From an uncultured Gammaproteobacteria bacterium (GTDB lineage Bacteria; Pseudomonadota; Gammaproteobacteria; Poriferisulfidales; GCA-002705445), in contig CAJWIN010000001.1 of assembly GCA_913042035.1 (NCBI GenBank), positions 9,357 through 73,356 of the forward strand: 64,000 bases of DNA. The letters are read 5' to 3'. Position numbers and translations under genes: made by a program. The notes under the pieces were generated by a model. That model ran no database searches, was not told where the DNA came from, and was given only the letters and a program-made list of their open reading frames with translations. Of the stretch, positions 28,287 through 37,989 are shown piece by piece (the first letter of the stretch is position 1; the number at the start of each line of letters is the position of its first letter).

Positions 28287-29459
28287 TTATATAATATTTT
28301 TAAGGCTTCTTACAGCTTGCTTAGTCCTTTGTTCATTTTCTATTAAACTAAATCTAACAAAATTATCTCCATGTTTACCAAAACCTATTCCAGGAGAGAC
28401 AGCGACATTAGCTTTTTTTAAAATCATTTTACTAAACTCTAATGAGCCAATATCTTTATATTTTTCAGGAATTTCTGACCAAACAAACATTGTTGCTTTA
28501 GGAGGCTCAACAAACCAACCAATATCATTTAAACCTTTACATAAAGCATCTCTACGATTTTTATACATAACCCTGATATTTTCAACGCAATCTTGAGGCC
28601 CCTCTAATGCAGCAATTGCTCCAACTTGAAGAGGTGTATATGTTCCATAATCCAAATATGATTTTATTCTAGACAATGCATTCACTAATTTTTTATTTCC
28701 ACACATAAAACCTATTCTCCATCCTGGCATATTATAAGATTTAGAGAGCGTAAAAAATTCAACTGCAATATCTTTAGCGCCCTTCACCTCAAGCACGGAT
28801 GGAGCTTTGTATCCATCAAAAACTAAATCCGCATAAGCAATATCGTGAACTAAATATATATTGTATTTTTTTGCAATTCTTACTAACTCTTTTAAAAATT
28901 CTAGATCGACACATCTAGTTGTAGGATTTGATGGAAAATTTGCAATAATCATTTTTGGGGTTGGCCATGAATTATTAATTGAATCATCTAAGGATTTAAA
29001 AAATGACTCGCTATCATCTTGAACATTAATATAAATAATTTCTGCTCCAGCAATTACTGCACCATAAGGATGAATTGGGTATGCGGGACTTGGGACAATT
29101 ACTGAGTCACCTTGATTTAATGTTGCTAAAGCTAAATGCGCAAGGCCCTCTTTAGATCCAATTGTAACTATTGCCTCTTCCTCTGGGTCAATATTCACAC
29201 TATATTTTTCCTCGTACCAGTTTGATATAGCCTTTCTAAGTCTAGGGATTCCTTTAGATGTAGAGTATCTGTGAACATTATCTTTATTCGCACATTCCTG
29301 CATCTTATTGATAATATGATCAGGTGTTTTTTGATCTGGATTTCCCATTCCAAAATCTATAATATCATCACCATTCTTTCTAGCTAAAATCTTAAGCTCG
29401 TTTACAATATTAAAAATATATGGAGGCAACCTATTTATTTTATAAAATTCTTCTGACAT
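28287..29459 (-). CDS. PLP-dependent class I aminotransferase (AlaA/AlaC/aspartate aminotransferase-like).
   Basis: Fold-type I aminotransferase, with the PLP-lysine region at TLSKSYNMPGWRIGF. 390 aa. Often found upstream of hom-thrC. Confidence 0.85.
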   Translation of the reverse strand: MSEEFYKINRLPPYIFNIVNELKILARKNGDDIIDFGMGNPDQKTPDHIINKMQECANKDNVHRYSTSKGIPRLRKAISNWYEEKYSVNIDPEEEAIVTIGSKEGLAHLALATLNQGDSVIVPSPAYPIHPYGAVIAGAEIIYINVQDDSESFFKSLDDSINNSWPTPKMIIANFPSNPTTRCVDLEFLKELVRIAKKYNIYLVHDIAYADLVFDGYKAPSVLEVKGAKDIAVEFFTLSKSYNMPGWRIGFMCGNKKLVNALSRIKSYLDYGTYTPLQVGAIAALEGPQDCVENIRVMYKNRRDALCKGLNDIGWFVEPPKATMFVWSEIPEKYKDIGSLEFSKMILKKANVAVSPGIGFGKHGDNFVRFSLIENEQRTKQAVRSLKNII

Positions 29460-29501
29460 TTTATCTAACTAATTAAAATTAATTTATGTTATATTATTTA
29501 A

Positions 29502-29873
29502 ATGGAATTTAATGAACAAATTTTAGAAAAAAATTCTAATATTATTAAATCTTACACGAATTCATCTATAACCGTGCTAGATAAAGAATATAACTATAAT
29601 TTAATAGTTCCTCCCGAAAAATCTGTAATTAAATGTGATATAACAGCAAAAGATTTCACAAATGAATTTGTTGTTAAGAACTTGCCCAAAAATGCAGATT
29701 TTGTAATCATAGCAATAAATAATACAGCTTGCATAGATAAAACACCAATTATTTTGGAGTTGAACAAACTAAATATTGGAGCAGAGGTGATGAATTTAAG
29801 CTCAGCTTGCAGTTGTCATAATATTTTAATATCCGAAAAAAGAGATTTTGCAAGTTTCTTTATTTTTAACTAG
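29502..29873 (+). CDS. Small MTH938-like (DUF498 / NDUFAF3-like) domain protein.
   Basis: The C-terminal IGAEVMNLSSACSCHNILISEKRDFAS fits the MTH938-like domain tail (G.EvM.T.aAC.TyNiL.aEgR). 123 aa. Confidence 0.45.
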   Translation: MEFNEQILEKNSNIIKSYTNSSITVLDKEYNYNLIVPPEKSVIKCDITAKDFTNEFVVKNLPKNADFVIIAINNTACIDKTPIILELNKLNIGAEVMNLSSACSCHNILISEKRDFASFFIFN

Positions 29874-30623
29874 TCAAGGGAGATATTTCTCTGGGTCTAC
29901 AGGTTTACCGTTTTTTCTAATTTGAAAATGTAATATTGGCTTTATAGAATCAGTATCACCTAGGTTTGCAATTATTTGTCCTTTTTTAACAATATTGTTT
30001 TCCTCAACTAAAATTTTGCTTGTATGCGCATAGGCTGAAAGAAAAGTTTCATTGTGCTTAATAATAATTAAGTTTCCATAGCCCTTAATACCATTACCTG
30101 TATAAACAACCATTCCATCTCCTGTTGAATAAATATTGTCACCAAGTACTCCAGAAATATCGATTCCTTTTTTTCCAACATCACTATATGAAAATTCTTT
30201 TGAGACTTTTCCATTATGTGGTCTAACCCATTTTACGTTTTTTGTATATTTTATTTTTTTATTATTCTTACTGACTTTTTTATTATTACCAACTTCTTTT
30301 CTATACTTATTAGATTTTATAACTATTTTATCACCAACCATTAACCTGTATGGTGAATTTATGTTATTCCAGCTTGCAATTTTTAAATAATTGACATCAT
30401 ATAATAAAGATATTGAATACAAACTATCACCTTTTTGTACGATATATATGTCTCCACTTTCAGAGCCTTTTTTCGATTTTAGACCATAAGTAAAGTAAAC
30501 TCTTTCTTTTCTAGGCTCCTTATCTGGTAGAGATTGCTTAGTTGAATGATTGTGTATTTTTGTACATGATAATGTAATCAAAGAAATTAAAATACAACTT
30601 ATGAAGGTAATTTTATAATTCAT
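29874..30623 (-). CDS. nlpD: NlpD-like murein hydrolase activator lipoprotein (LysM + M23 peptidase domains).
   Basis: Lipobox LITLSC, a LysM domain (YIVQKGDSLYSISLLY) and an M23 domain (HFQIRKNGKPVDP). Conserved surE-pcm-nlpD neighbourhood. Confidence 0.8.
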   Translation of the reverse strand: MNYKITFISCILISLITLSCTKIHNHSTKQSLPDKEPRKERVYFTYGLKSKKGSESGDIYIVQKGDSLYSISLLYDVNYLKIASWNNINSPYRLMVGDKIVIKSNKYRKEVGNNKKVSKNNKKIKYTKNVKWVRPHNGKVSKEFSYSDVGKKGIDISGVLGDNIYSTGDGMVVYTGNGIKGYGNLIIIKHNETFLSAYAHTSKILVEENNIVKKGQIIANLGDTDSIKPILHFQIRKNGKPVDPEKYLP

Positions 30624-30629
30624 AATATT

Positions 30630-31202
30630 TTAAAAAAACTTTAAGTAAATAAAATATATTAAAATTAAAATAATAATCCAGCCTAGATATTCAAAATAAT
30701 TTTTAATTTTATTTGCAACTTTTATTCCAAAATAATGAAACAAACCAGCAACGAGAAAAAATCTTAGCGCCCGTCCAATAAATGAAGCCAATAAGAAAGG
30801 TAATATTGATAATGACATGTAACCTGCTGTGATAGTAAATGCTTTAAAAGGTAAAGGTGTAAATCCTGCTATAATAATAATAATAATTCCATGTTCATTG
30901 AAAAGCTTCTTAACTTCAAGAAATACTTTTTCATCAATTATTTTATTTAAAAAAGACAATTCGTAAAGATACAAACCAATTATATAGCCAACTAATCCCC
31001 CTAAAACAGAAAATACTGTTGTATTGAAAGCAATTTTAAGCCAACTGTGTTTTTTAGTAAGAGCAATTGGTGCTAATAGTACATCGGGAGGTATTGGAAA
31101 AATAAAGGATTCAATAAAACTTAAACTATATAAATACTTTGTAGCTTTTTCTTTATTAGAAAAATTTAAAATATATTCATAAGTAGTTGTAAATATCTTC
31201 AT
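30630..31202 (-). CDS. DedA/YqaA-family small membrane protein.
   Basis: 190 aa with 4-5 TM segments. The PPDVLLAPIAL motif is typical of DedA/SNARE-associated family proteins. Confidence 0.55.
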   Translation of the reverse strand: MKIFTTTYEYILNFSNKEKATKYLYSLSFIESFIFPIPPDVLLAPIALTKKHSWLKIAFNTTVFSVLGGLVGYIIGLYLYELSFLNKIIDEKVFLEVKKLFNEHGIIIIIIAGFTPLPFKAFTITAGYMSLSILPFLLASFIGRALRFFLVAGLFHYFGIKVANKIKNYFEYLGWIIILILIYFIYLKFF

Positions 31203-31870
31203 TATGAAATACCACTTAATAATGGAACAAACTTTACAATACCGTGTATCTCTTCTTTATAGTGATCATTATTTTTAGTTATTGATTTTAAGTACTGTTT
31301 TCCGCTATTTTCTACTGGGGAAACTAAAATTCCGTTATTATTTGATAATTGATTCATTAGCGCGTCAGGGATATTAATTGCGCCTGCTGTAACAATGATT
31401 GCATCAAAAGGAGACTTCTGAGTCCACCCTATATTTCCATCTGCATATTTAGTATATATATTTTTAAAACCAATTTTTTGAAATATTTTTTTTGATTTTT
31501 TATGTAGGTATTCAATTCGCTCAATTGTATAAACTTTATCAACTAATAAGGATAAAACTGAAGCTTGATAACCAGAACCTGTTCCAATTTCTAAAACTCT
31601 TTTGGGCTTATATTTCATAATTATTTCAGTCATTTTTGCAACTATTAAAGGATGAGATATTGTTTGAGATTTTCCAATTGGCAAAGCCGTATTGTCATAG
31701 GCTTTACTTGCAATTGCTTCATCAACAAAAATATGTCTTGGAATTGAACGCATCGATCTTAATACATCCGAATTTTTGATACCCTCAGATTTAAGCATTG
31801 AAACAAGCTTTTCTCTAGATGAATCTGATGTCATTCCAATACCTGAAAACTTTTTAAAATCTATACTCAT
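31202..31870 (-). CDS. pcm: Protein-L-isoaspartate O-methyltransferase.
   Basis: SAM-binding VLEIGTGSGYQ and the PIGKSQTISHP region. 222 aa. Confidence 0.93.
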   Translation of the reverse strand: MSIDFKKFSGIGMTSDSSREKLVSMLKSEGIKNSDVLRSMRSIPRHIFVDEAIASKAYDNTALPIGKSQTISHPLIVAKMTEIIMKYKPKRVLEIGTGSGYQASVLSLLVDKVYTIERIEYLHKKSKKIFQKIGFKNIYTKYADGNIGWTQKSPFDAIIVTAGAINIPDALMNQLSNNNGILVSPVENSGKQYLKSITKNNDHYKEEIHGIVKFVPLLSGIS

Positions 31871-32586
31871 TTTATTTTATTTAATAAATCTTTATTTGTT
31901 AAATCATAAGTCAATGGAGTAATTGAAATTTTATTATCTTTTATGGAGAAAAAATCTGTGTCTTCAGAGCTATCTACTGCAGGACCTGCGGCACCAATTC
32001 TATAATGATCTTTAACTTTTGTTTTTGTTGCTGCCAAAGGCAGCCCCCTTGTCCCAAGTCTAGTAAACTGATAAGTGATGTTATTCGTATCGTGATCGGG
32101 GATATTAACGTTTAATAAAGTTTTTTCTGAAATTTTTTGATTATTAGTAATTTCATGAATGATTTTCGAACTTAAAATAGCCGCATTAGTTATACTAATG
32201 TTATCATGCGAAACTAAAGATATTGCTATAGGAGACATTTCCAAATGCCTTCCCTCCAAAGCTGCGGCAACTGTGCCTGAATATATAACATCATCTCCAA
32301 GATTTGCGCCTAAATTAATCCCAGAAACTACTAAATCAATTTTATCTTTAATTAAGCATGTAAGGGCAATATGAACACAATCAGCAGGTGTACCGTCAAT
32401 AGCATAATGATTTTTCATAACATTATTAACTTTAATATCTCTTCTCACTGTAAGTGCACTACTTCCAGCACTATGATTTTTTGATGGTGCTGCAACATAT
32501 ATTTCATGATTTTTTTCTAGTTGTTTGATCAGCTCTTGTATACCGACTGCATAGTAACCATCATCATTGGACAATAATATTTTCAT
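31867..32586 (-). CDS. surE: 5'/3'-nucleotidase SurE.
   Basis: N-terminal MKILLSNDDGYYAVGI (the DDG metal site). 239 aa. Confidence 0.93.
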   Translation of the reverse strand: MKILLSNDDGYYAVGIQELIKQLEKNHEIYVAAPSKNHSAGSSALTVRRDIKVNNVMKNHYAIDGTPADCVHIALTCLIKDKIDLVVSGINLGANLGDDVIYSGTVAAALEGRHLEMSPIAISLVSHDNISITNAAILSSKIIHEITNNQKISEKTLLNVNIPDHDTNNITYQFTRLGTRGLPLAATKTKVKDHYRIGAAGPAVDSSEDTDFFSIKDNKISITPLTYDLTNKDLLNKIK

Positions 32587-32627
32587 ATGTGATGATTATA
32601 CTTAAAATAATTATTAGATGAAGCGTT

Positions 32628-32981
32628 ATGATCAAAAATAGTACAATAGGAAACTGTAAACCTGGTTTTCAGAAAAAAAGGTTTCAAAAATTAAAAAAAG
32701 GTGAACTTAATATTGCTTTTGAAATAGATTTGCACGGAAAAAACCTTATTGAAGCAGAAAATTTTCTCGATATATGGCTTCCAAAGCTTCAAATGGAGGA
32801 TAATTTAGTAGGAATTATTATTCATGGTAAAGGCTACGGCTCAGGCCCCGAAGGTCCAAAGCTAAAAAACTTTGTAGATCAATATTTGCAATATAATCCA
32901 AATATACTAGCCTACCATTCTGCTCAACAGAAAGACGGTGGAACTGGTGCAGTATATATTCAACTAAAGAAAATCAATTAA
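32628..32981 (+). CDS. Smr-domain protein (small MutS-related endonuclease domain).
   Basis: EIDLHGKNLIEAENFL (the DLHG-x4-EA motif) and IIHGKGYGS. 117 aa. Confidence 0.7.
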   Translation: MIKNSTIGNCKPGFQKKRFQKLKKGELNIAFEIDLHGKNLIEAENFLDIWLPKLQMEDNLVGIIIHGKGYGSGPEGPKLKNFVDQYLQYNPNILAYHSAQQKDGGTGAVYIQLKKIN

Positions 32982-32987
32982 TATATT

Positions 32988-34241
32988 ATGAAAAAAAATA
33001 AAGTATATACCTGTATGGATGACTATGATCCTAATTCAATTTTCATTGAAGATGCATTAAATAAAATAACAAAATTAACAAAAAAGATAAGTTCTTACGA
33101 ATATGTTGATTTAATTAGATCGCATAATAGAGTTCTCTATGAAAATATTAAATCTAAGATAAAAGTTCCTAATTATGATAATTCAGCAATGGATGGGTAT
33201 GCATTAAATATCAATGATACAAAAAATAATAATATTTTTAAGGTTGCAGGGTCTTCCTTGGCAGGAATCTCATACAAAGGTAAAATAAAAAAAAATGAGT
33301 GTGTAAAAATAATGACAGGTGCAGTTTTACCAAAAAACTGTAACGTCGTTATTATGAAAGAAGAAATAGAAGATATTGATAGAGAAACAATAAAAATTCA
33401 TTCAAAAAATATTAAAAAATATCAGAATATTAGATTTTCTGGAGAAGACATAAAACCTAATATAGTATTGCTAAAGAAACTTCATGTTATGGATTCATCC
33501 TCAATGGGTCTTCTTGCATCTCAAGGTATAAATAAATTAAAAGTTTACAAGAACCCTAAAATTTCCTTTTTTACTTCTGGTGATGAGGTTGTTGCTGTGA
33601 ATAAAAAACTTCCATATGGAAAGGTTCATGACAGTAATAGGTTTACATTAACCGGGATGCTTAAAAAAAATAATGTAGATGTAATTGATTTAGGTCATGC
33701 TAAAGATAATGTTACAGATATTAAAAGAAAATTCAAAAAAGCAATAAAAGAATCTGACTTGGTAATATCAACAGGAGGAGTTTCAGTAGGTGACGCTGAT
33801 TATATTAAAGATGTTGTAAAATCGTTAGGAAATATAAATTTTTGGAAAGTTGCTGTTAAACCAGGAAGACCTCTTGCATTTGGGAAACTAAATAATACAA
33901 TATTTTTTGGGCTTCCAGGCAATCCAGTGTCCGTAATGGTTACCTTCCTATTATTTGTATTACCAACGATAAATATGATGGCTGGTAAAAAATATCAGCT
34001 CAAAACTGAAAATGCAATTCTCAAATCAAGTTTGAGGAAAAGACAAGGTAGGGCTGAATTACAAAGAGGTATTTTTTATTTAGAAAAAAACAAAATGTAT
34101 GTAAAAAGCGTAGGTGAGCAAGGATCTGGAATTTTGAGCTCTATGGCTAAAGCAAACTGCTTAATTTATCTTCCAGTAGAAAAAGGTAAATCCAAAATAA
34201 ATGATACTGTCGAGATTATAAAATTTAAAGACTATATTTAA
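32988..34241 (+). CDS. moeA: Molybdopterin molybdenumtransferase MoeA.
   Basis: MoeA central MPT-binding domain (SGDEVV, GKVHDSNRFTL, ISTGGVSVGDADY, GLPGNPVS). 417 aa. Confidence 0.9.
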   Translation: MKKNKVYTCMDDYDPNSIFIEDALNKITKLTKKISSYEYVDLIRSHNRVLYENIKSKIKVPNYDNSAMDGYALNINDTKNNNIFKVAGSSLAGISYKGKIKKNECVKIMTGAVLPKNCNVVIMKEEIEDIDRETIKIHSKNIKKYQNIRFSGEDIKPNIVLLKKLHVMDSSSMGLLASQGINKLKVYKNPKISFFTSGDEVVAVNKKLPYGKVHDSNRFTLTGMLKKNNVDVIDLGHAKDNVTDIKRKFKKAIKESDLVISTGGVSVGDADYIKDVVKSLGNINFWKVAVKPGRPLAFGKLNNTIFFGLPGNPVSVMVTFLLFVLPTINMMAGKKYQLKTENAILKSSLRKRQGRAELQRGIFYLEKNKMYVKSVGEQGSGILSSMAKANCLIYLPVEKGKSKINDTVEIIKFKDYI

Positions 34242-34675
34242 GTATTATTTTCAACCCATCTTGAAGTATTGTCTTTATAAAACTCTTTTTTCCATAATGG
34301 AGCATTATGTTTTAATTCTTCTAAAATATACTCCACTGCTCCAATACTCTGTTTTCTATGTTTCGCCCAACAAGCAATTACAACTAGACAATCTTTAACA
34401 CAAACATCCCCTACTCTATGAGCAATAAAAACATTGTCAACTTTATATTTTTTCTTTACTTTAAGTATTAATTTTTCAAGATATGGTTTTGTCATTGCAG
34501 GATAAAATTCTAAAGTCATTGATACTATATCTTCTCTTGTGCTATTAGTTTTTCTCATATAACCAACAAATGTACTTAAAGCTCCTGATAAACTAATACT
34601 ACAATTTTTTGTTTCGTAATCACGAATCATTTCATGTGGGTCTTTATTTTTTGAAAATAATATAACTGATTCCAT
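34238..34675 (-). CDS. moaE: Molybdopterin synthase catalytic subunit MoaE.
   Basis: Motifs HRVGDVCVKDCLVVIACWAKHRKQSIGAVEYILEELKHNAPLWKKEF (compare MoaE HR.G.L..GE..V.V...HR..AF.A....D.LK..AP.WKKE). Confidence 0.85.
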   Translation of the reverse strand: MESVILFSKNKDPHEMIRDYETKNCSISLSGALSTFVGYMRKTNSTREDIVSMTLEFYPAMTKPYLEKLILKVKKKYKVDNVFIAHRVGDVCVKDCLVVIACWAKHRKQSIGAVEYILEELKHNAPLWKKEFYKDNTSRWVENNT

Positions 34676-34732
34676 AATTCTATCTTATTAACTTTTATTG
34701 TATAATTGACTAATAAATAATATTATCACTTT

Positions 34733-35242
34733 ATGATAGAAAAAATAAAACTAAATATTTCGATTTTGACAGTATCTGATTCAAGAACGCTAGAAAACGA
34801 TAAATCTGGAGATATACTAACAAAGCTAATTAAAGAGTCTCATCATAGTGTGATTGACAGATCTATTGTTAAGGACAATATATATTCTATTAGGAGCATT
34901 GTTTCCACCTGGATCGAAGATAAAAATATCGATGTAATTATAACCACAGGAGGAACTGGTGTTACTGGGACAGATGGTACTCCAGAGGCAGTTGAGATTT
35001 TATTTGACAAAAAGATTGACGGATTTGGTGAAATATTTAGAAGCATATCTTATGATAAAATAAAAACATCTACTATACAGTCCAGAGCAATTTCAGGAGT
35101 AGCAAATTCTACTTATATTTTCTGCTTACCGGGATCTCCAGGAGCTTGCAAAGATGCATGGGTAGATATTATACAGCACCAACTTGATTCAGATCATAAG
35201 CCTTGCAATTTAACAGAATTAATTCCAAGATTAAAAGATTAG
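34733..35242 (+). CDS. moaB: MoaB/MogA-family molybdopterin adenylyltransferase-like protein.
   Basis: ISILTVSDSR...TGGTGVTGTDGTPEA. 169 aa. Confidence 0.85.
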   Translation: MIEKIKLNISILTVSDSRTLENDKSGDILTKLIKESHHSVIDRSIVKDNIYSIRSIVSTWIEDKNIDVIITTGGTGVTGTDGTPEAVEILFDKKIDGFGEIFRSISYDKIKTSTIQSRAISGVANSTYIFCLPGSPGACKDAWVDIIQHQLDSDHKPCNLTELIPRLKD

Positions 35243-36249
35243 CCACCTATGTAAGACATTTCAGCTTTTTTTATAACTTTATAATTGTTACCAGATACTC
35301 TATCTTCAGAATATTTATCAGCTCTATTTGACCACATATCTATTAAATAATTTTTTACGATTTCGTTTGATTCTGAGCGTCTCAATAAATTTTTAATGTC
35401 ATGTGATTTATTTGTAAACAAACATGTAAATATTTTTCCTTCAGCTGTTAATCTTAATCTTGAACAATCACCGCAAAAAGGATTAGAGATAGAACTTATT
35501 ACTCCAAATTCGCCACCATTATAGGACCATCTTTTTGCAACTTCACTTGAATAATTTTTTTCTAGCGGCATGATATGGTATTTTTTTGAAATGGTACCTA
35601 AAATATCTTCAAGTGAAAAAACATCATTTTTTGACCAGAGATTAACATTGCCCACGTCCATAAATTCAATGAATCGCACAATACAACCAGTACCACTAAA
35701 TTTCTCAAGCAATGGAATAATATCTTTATGATTAACATTTTTCTTTACAACCATATTTATTTTAATATTTTCAAAACCAGCATTTATTGCATTATTAATT
35801 CCCTCAAGAACATTTTCAGGAGAATACTTACTTCCACTTATTTCACTAAAATTCTCTGAATTTAATGTATCAAGACTTACTGTTAACCTATTCAAACCAG
35901 ATTCTTTTAGTAGCATTGCTTTTTTTTCAGACAGGAGAACACCGTTTGTTGTCATACTAATGTCACTTATGTTTTTAATTTCTTTTAAATACTTAATTAA
36001 AACATGTATATTCTTTCTTAGTAATGGCTCACCACCAGTAAGACGAATTTTTTTTGTACCTAATGATGAAAAAATTTTAGATAGTCTAATTATTTCTTCG
36101 AAACTAAGGATTTCGTTTTTTTTAAAAAATTGGTATTCTGAATTGTAGATTTCTTTTGGCATACAATAAGCACATCTAAAATTGCACCTATCAGTTACAG
36201 ATATTCTAACATCTCTTAGTTTTCTCGAAAATTTATCAGTTATATTCAT
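35239..36249 (-). CDS. moaA: GTP 3',8-cyclase MoaA (radical SAM).
   Basis: Radical-SAM CNFRCAYCMP and a C-terminal second cluster (CGDCSRLRLTAEG). 336 aa. Confidence 0.95.
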   Translation of the reverse strand: MNITDKFSRKLRDVRISVTDRCNFRCAYCMPKEIYNSEYQFFKKNEILSFEEIIRLSKIFSSLGTKKIRLTGGEPLLRKNIHVLIKYLKEIKNISDISMTTNGVLLSEKKAMLLKESGLNRLTVSLDTLNSENFSEISGSKYSPENVLEGINNAINAGFENIKINMVVKKNVNHKDIIPLLEKFSGTGCIVRFIEFMDVGNVNLWSKNDVFSLEDILGTISKKYHIMPLEKNYSSEVAKRWSYNGGEFGVISSISNPFCGDCSRLRLTAEGKIFTCLFTNKSHDIKNLLRRSESNEIVKNYLIDMWSNRADKYSEDRVSGNNYKVIKKAEMSYIGG

Positions 36250-36263
36250 AATTATTTATAATG

Positions 36264-36336
36264 TGGAGCTAGGCGGTTTCGAACCGCCGACCCTTTGCAT
36301 GCCATGCAAATGCTCTACCAGCTGAGCTATAGCCCC
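36264..36336 (-). tRNA. tRNA-Ala (anticodon GGC). The 3' CCA is not encoded.
   Basis: The reverse complement folds into a cloverleaf: acceptor GGGGCTA/TAGCTCC with the alanine-identity G3:U70 pair, D-stem GCTC/GAGC, anticodon stem TTTGC/GCAAA with loop ATGGCAT (anticodon GGC), and T-stem GGCGG/CCGCC with loop TTCGAAA. 73 nt. The template reads ACA after the acceptor stem rather than CCA. Confidence 0.85.
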
Positions 36337-36428
36337 ATTACCAAAATCTTAAGGTAAAGCAATTGTATGTCAATAGCTATAATAGTATATTAACACCTAT
36401 TAAAATATGATGCTTAAACTTTATATTC

Positions 36429-37103
36429 ATGAAACAAATTAAAATAATAATTTTTATAACAGTATTCTCTTTATCTAGTATTTCATTAGCTAGTAATATA
36501 AATGGTATTTGGGAAGGTATATTTGATATTAATGGACATGGAGAATATGATTTTACAGGATTAATAAGTAGCAACGTAGCGACAGCATATACTGAAAAAG
36601 CAAAAGTTGTATATAACGGAAAAATTAAAACCGAAAAAAATAAGTTTAAGTGGAATCTATTAATGTATTTACAAGATGGTAGTAGTTTTGGAACAGCGGA
36701 AATAAAAGGAAAAATTATTAATAATGAAGTAATGAGTGGTAAATGGGTTACAGAGCCAGCAAAAGATTATGGAAACATATATCTAATAAAAAAAATTAGA
36801 GAAGTTGTAAATACTGGTGAAATTATAAATAAAAAATGGGCTTCATATGATGGTAGCAATACACATTTACTTACCGTTGAAAATTATAAACTATCTGGTT
36901 TAGATATAAATGGTTGTAACTATTACGGTGACATAAAAAAATTAAATCAAAAGATATATAATGTGAAACTAGAAATATCGTCCTGCGGAGTATCTGATGG
37001 ATTCTACGAGGGGATGGGGCATATAAAAAAAAATCAAGGGAAAAATATTCTAATTTTAAACTTAACAAATAAAAACTTTAGTGTATTTATAAAACTTCTA
37101 TAA
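36429..37103 (+). CDS. Hypothetical secreted protein with an N-terminal signal peptide and no recognisable domain.
   Basis: Signal-peptide-like MKQIKIIIFITVFSLSSISLASN followed by a hydrophilic beta-rich-looking body. 224 aa. Only the tRNA lies upstream. Confidence 0.5.
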   Translation: MKQIKIIIFITVFSLSSISLASNINGIWEGIFDINGHGEYDFTGLISSNVATAYTEKAKVVYNGKIKTEKNKFKWNLLMYLQDGSSFGTAEIKGKIINNEVMSGKWVTEPAKDYGNIYLIKKIREVVNTGEIINKKWASYDGSNTHLLTVENYKLSGLDINGCNYYGDIKKLNQKIYNVKLEISSCGVSDGFYEGMGHIKKNQGKNILILNLTNKNFSVFIKLL

Positions 37104-37104
37104 T

Positions 37105-37989
37105 TTAATTTTTTTGCGATATATAGATTGCCATTACAACTAAGCATAAAGATAATATTGAATATATATTAAAACTTTCATCTAAAATAAAAACGCCTGC
37201 AAAAAAAGCAAATATTGGTATAGGATAATTTACTAAGCTAAGAAAACTTGGGCCATAATCTTGAATGATTTTATAATAAATAACTGTCGCCATAGCCGTA
37301 GAAAATATTGCCATAAATAGTAATGATAGTACTGAGTCTGTATGAAAATTTTTAAAATCTAAATATTCATCATGTGAAAAAATTAGAATAAAAAATAATT
37401 GTATAGCTGAAATTATCATTACACATGAAGACAATGGTATTACTTTAATTGCGCTTAGTTTTTTAACTAGAAGAGCGTTTAAAGCATAAAAAAACGCAGC
37501 AAATATGACTAACAATTTCGCAAATATATTGCTATGCAAATTTATACTATTTTCATTATTAATTAATAATACAAATAAACCAATAAATCCTAAAATAAAT
37601 CCGAAGATTTTTCTTAGATTTAGTTTTTCATATTTGAAATAGTAGTGTGAGCCTATGATAGTAAAAATTGGCATAAATCCTACAAGAATTCCAGTTTCTC
37701 CGCTATTAATAGTAACTTGAGCGTAACTAATTAGATAGAATGGTATTGTGGTACCAGTTAAACCTAGAATAAAGAGTAATTTAAAATTATTTTTAACAAA
37801 TTCATATGTACAACCAATAAATTTAGAATAGATAAACAATATAAGAGCTGCAATTGAAACTCTAAAAAACGCTATATATGAAGGAGAGAAAGTCTTTAAC
37901 GAAATCTCAATCAAAAGAAAAGCGCTGCCAAATAGAAAAACTAATATTGAGAAATAAAGCCATTTTAAAAACATACTGCTAAACAACAT
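37105..37989 (-). CDS. EamA/DMT-superfamily transporter.
   Basis: 10 predicted TM helices in two EamA-like halves. 294 aa. Confidence 0.7.
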   Translation of the reverse strand: MLFSSMFLKWLYFSILVFLFGSAFLLIEISLKTFSPSYIAFFRVSIAALILFIYSKFIGCTYEFVKNNFKLLFILGLTGTTIPFYLISYAQVTINSGETGILVGFMPIFTIIGSHYYFKYEKLNLRKIFGFILGFIGLFVLLINNENSINLHSNIFAKLLVIFAAFFYALNALLVKKLSAIKVIPLSSCVMIISAIQLFFILIFSHDEYLDFKNFHTDSVLSLLFMAIFSTAMATVIYYKIIQDYGPSFLSLVNYPIPIFAFFAGVFILDESFNIYSILSLCLVVMAIYISQKN

